Source: Octopus vulgaris (Eukaryota). From it: DNA of 64,000 nucleotides. The position numbers and the translations under genes are program-made. This document shows positions 62,901 to 64,000 of this stretch, piece after piece. The notes beneath the pieces are model-generated. The model was not told the DNA's origin. It made no database searches and saw only the letters and a program-made list of their open reading frames with translations. The DNA is taken from NCBI GenBank assembly GCA_951406725.2, contig OX597819.1:40300001-40364000 (forward strand). Reading direction: 5' to 3'. Each line of letters opens with the position of its first letter. Within the stretch, counting starts at the first letter, position 1.

Positions 62901-64000
62901 TTAAAATTCAGCTTGGGCATTTCTGACAGCCATTGTCCTTAATATCTAGAATAAGATAATTTGTTTGCAATGGTCATACTTGTCTACAAGTTGACCGTGT
63001 ATGCATGGATGTATGCATGCACAAATGTATGTATGACCTTGTTGGTGGGGATTACATGTATGTATATATGGCTTTGTTGGTAGGGTGTTGGGATCGCAAT
63101 AATTAGGTATTGGGTTTAATGCTTGGAATAAGCCATATGTTGTGCTCTTGAGTAGAGCACTTCATTTCATGTTGCTCAGTCTACTCAGATCAAAATGTGT
63201 AGCAGCAGGAGTTGGTTGGGGTTTAACCTCATGATGTCCTGCTTAAGGGGTATCTTATCTTTCATTCCCCTAAACACCTTGAAAATCTGGATATGTTCTG
63301 TAGTAGGTGTGAGGCAGACTTTATACTATATCAGTGTTTAATTACATTATTCAATGTGCTTTACCCTGGCTGTGTAATTTCAGGGATATTTGGTTATAGT
63401 TTCTAGCAAGTCAACTGCCCATGTATAACAGTGTTTTTCCAACATTTTTCCACAAATACCTCCCTAAAACACTTGGATGCTTACTACCATCCCTCCTTCA
63501 AATTCTACCCTTATGGCAGAATTTGGGGAAGTGGAGAATAAATGTAGTGGTTGTAATTGAATTTAAAATATAAACAAGCTTATTTTGGTAATTATAGAGG
63601 CATTCTTTTATTAATATTAATAAAAAAGACTAATTATGATTGCTTACATTATTTAATATGATTAAAATAAATATAACTAAAATATCATATGATGGGGTGC
63701 TAAAAAGTTCCTGGCTTTGAGTAATAAAATACAGGAGGATCAGTTAATAATGATTTGATTCAACATATCCTGTTCTCAGATTCATACACTTATTGCACAA
63801 ATTCTATAGTTTTCCTAAACCCTGTAAAAGAACCCGGAAGTTTGGACCTCCTGCTAGGCCTTTCATGACACACTTAAAACCAGGAAACTTTCTCTCATCT
63901 GATGCTTATTAATGTAATCCTTGCGGCTGACGACTAGCAACATACTTTGCAATATTTAGTTCTAAATTTAACAAAAAGTCATAAATCCTCACATTGCACT

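Overview
AT-rich, microsatellite-saturated animal genomic DNA. The repeat repertoire looks like an octopus (coleoid cephalopod) genome; this is inference, not a database match. No intact protein-coding gene is visible. Nearly all ORFs in the track are translations of microsatellites, SINEs or decayed transposons, so the window is probably a large intron or intergenic DNA. It contains more than 40 tRNA-derived SINE copies or fragments (at least 4 families), 5'-truncated RTE, CR1, R4/Dong-like and L1/Tx1-like LINE fragments, mariner and Tc1 transposase relics, a Gypsy integrase relic, a non-autonomous Helitron and several MITEs. Unusual signals: (1) about 9 long fold-back palindromes made from unrelated sequences, one of them an RTE 3' end enclosed by a single 10-bp TSD; (2) Penelope-type hammerhead ribozyme motifs in small non-coding elements sitting in (TA)n tracts, with inverted or circularly permuted architecture (retrozyme-like); (3) a ~61-bp minisatellite in an RTE 3' UTR with predicted pseudoknot plus hairpin, variable copy number and higher-order structure; (4) a two-donor templated insertion inside a dead R4-like LINE; (5) two candidate microexons and an X-box-containing unique island. 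Coordinates were counted by eye and may be off by a few bases; family names were not verified by any search.
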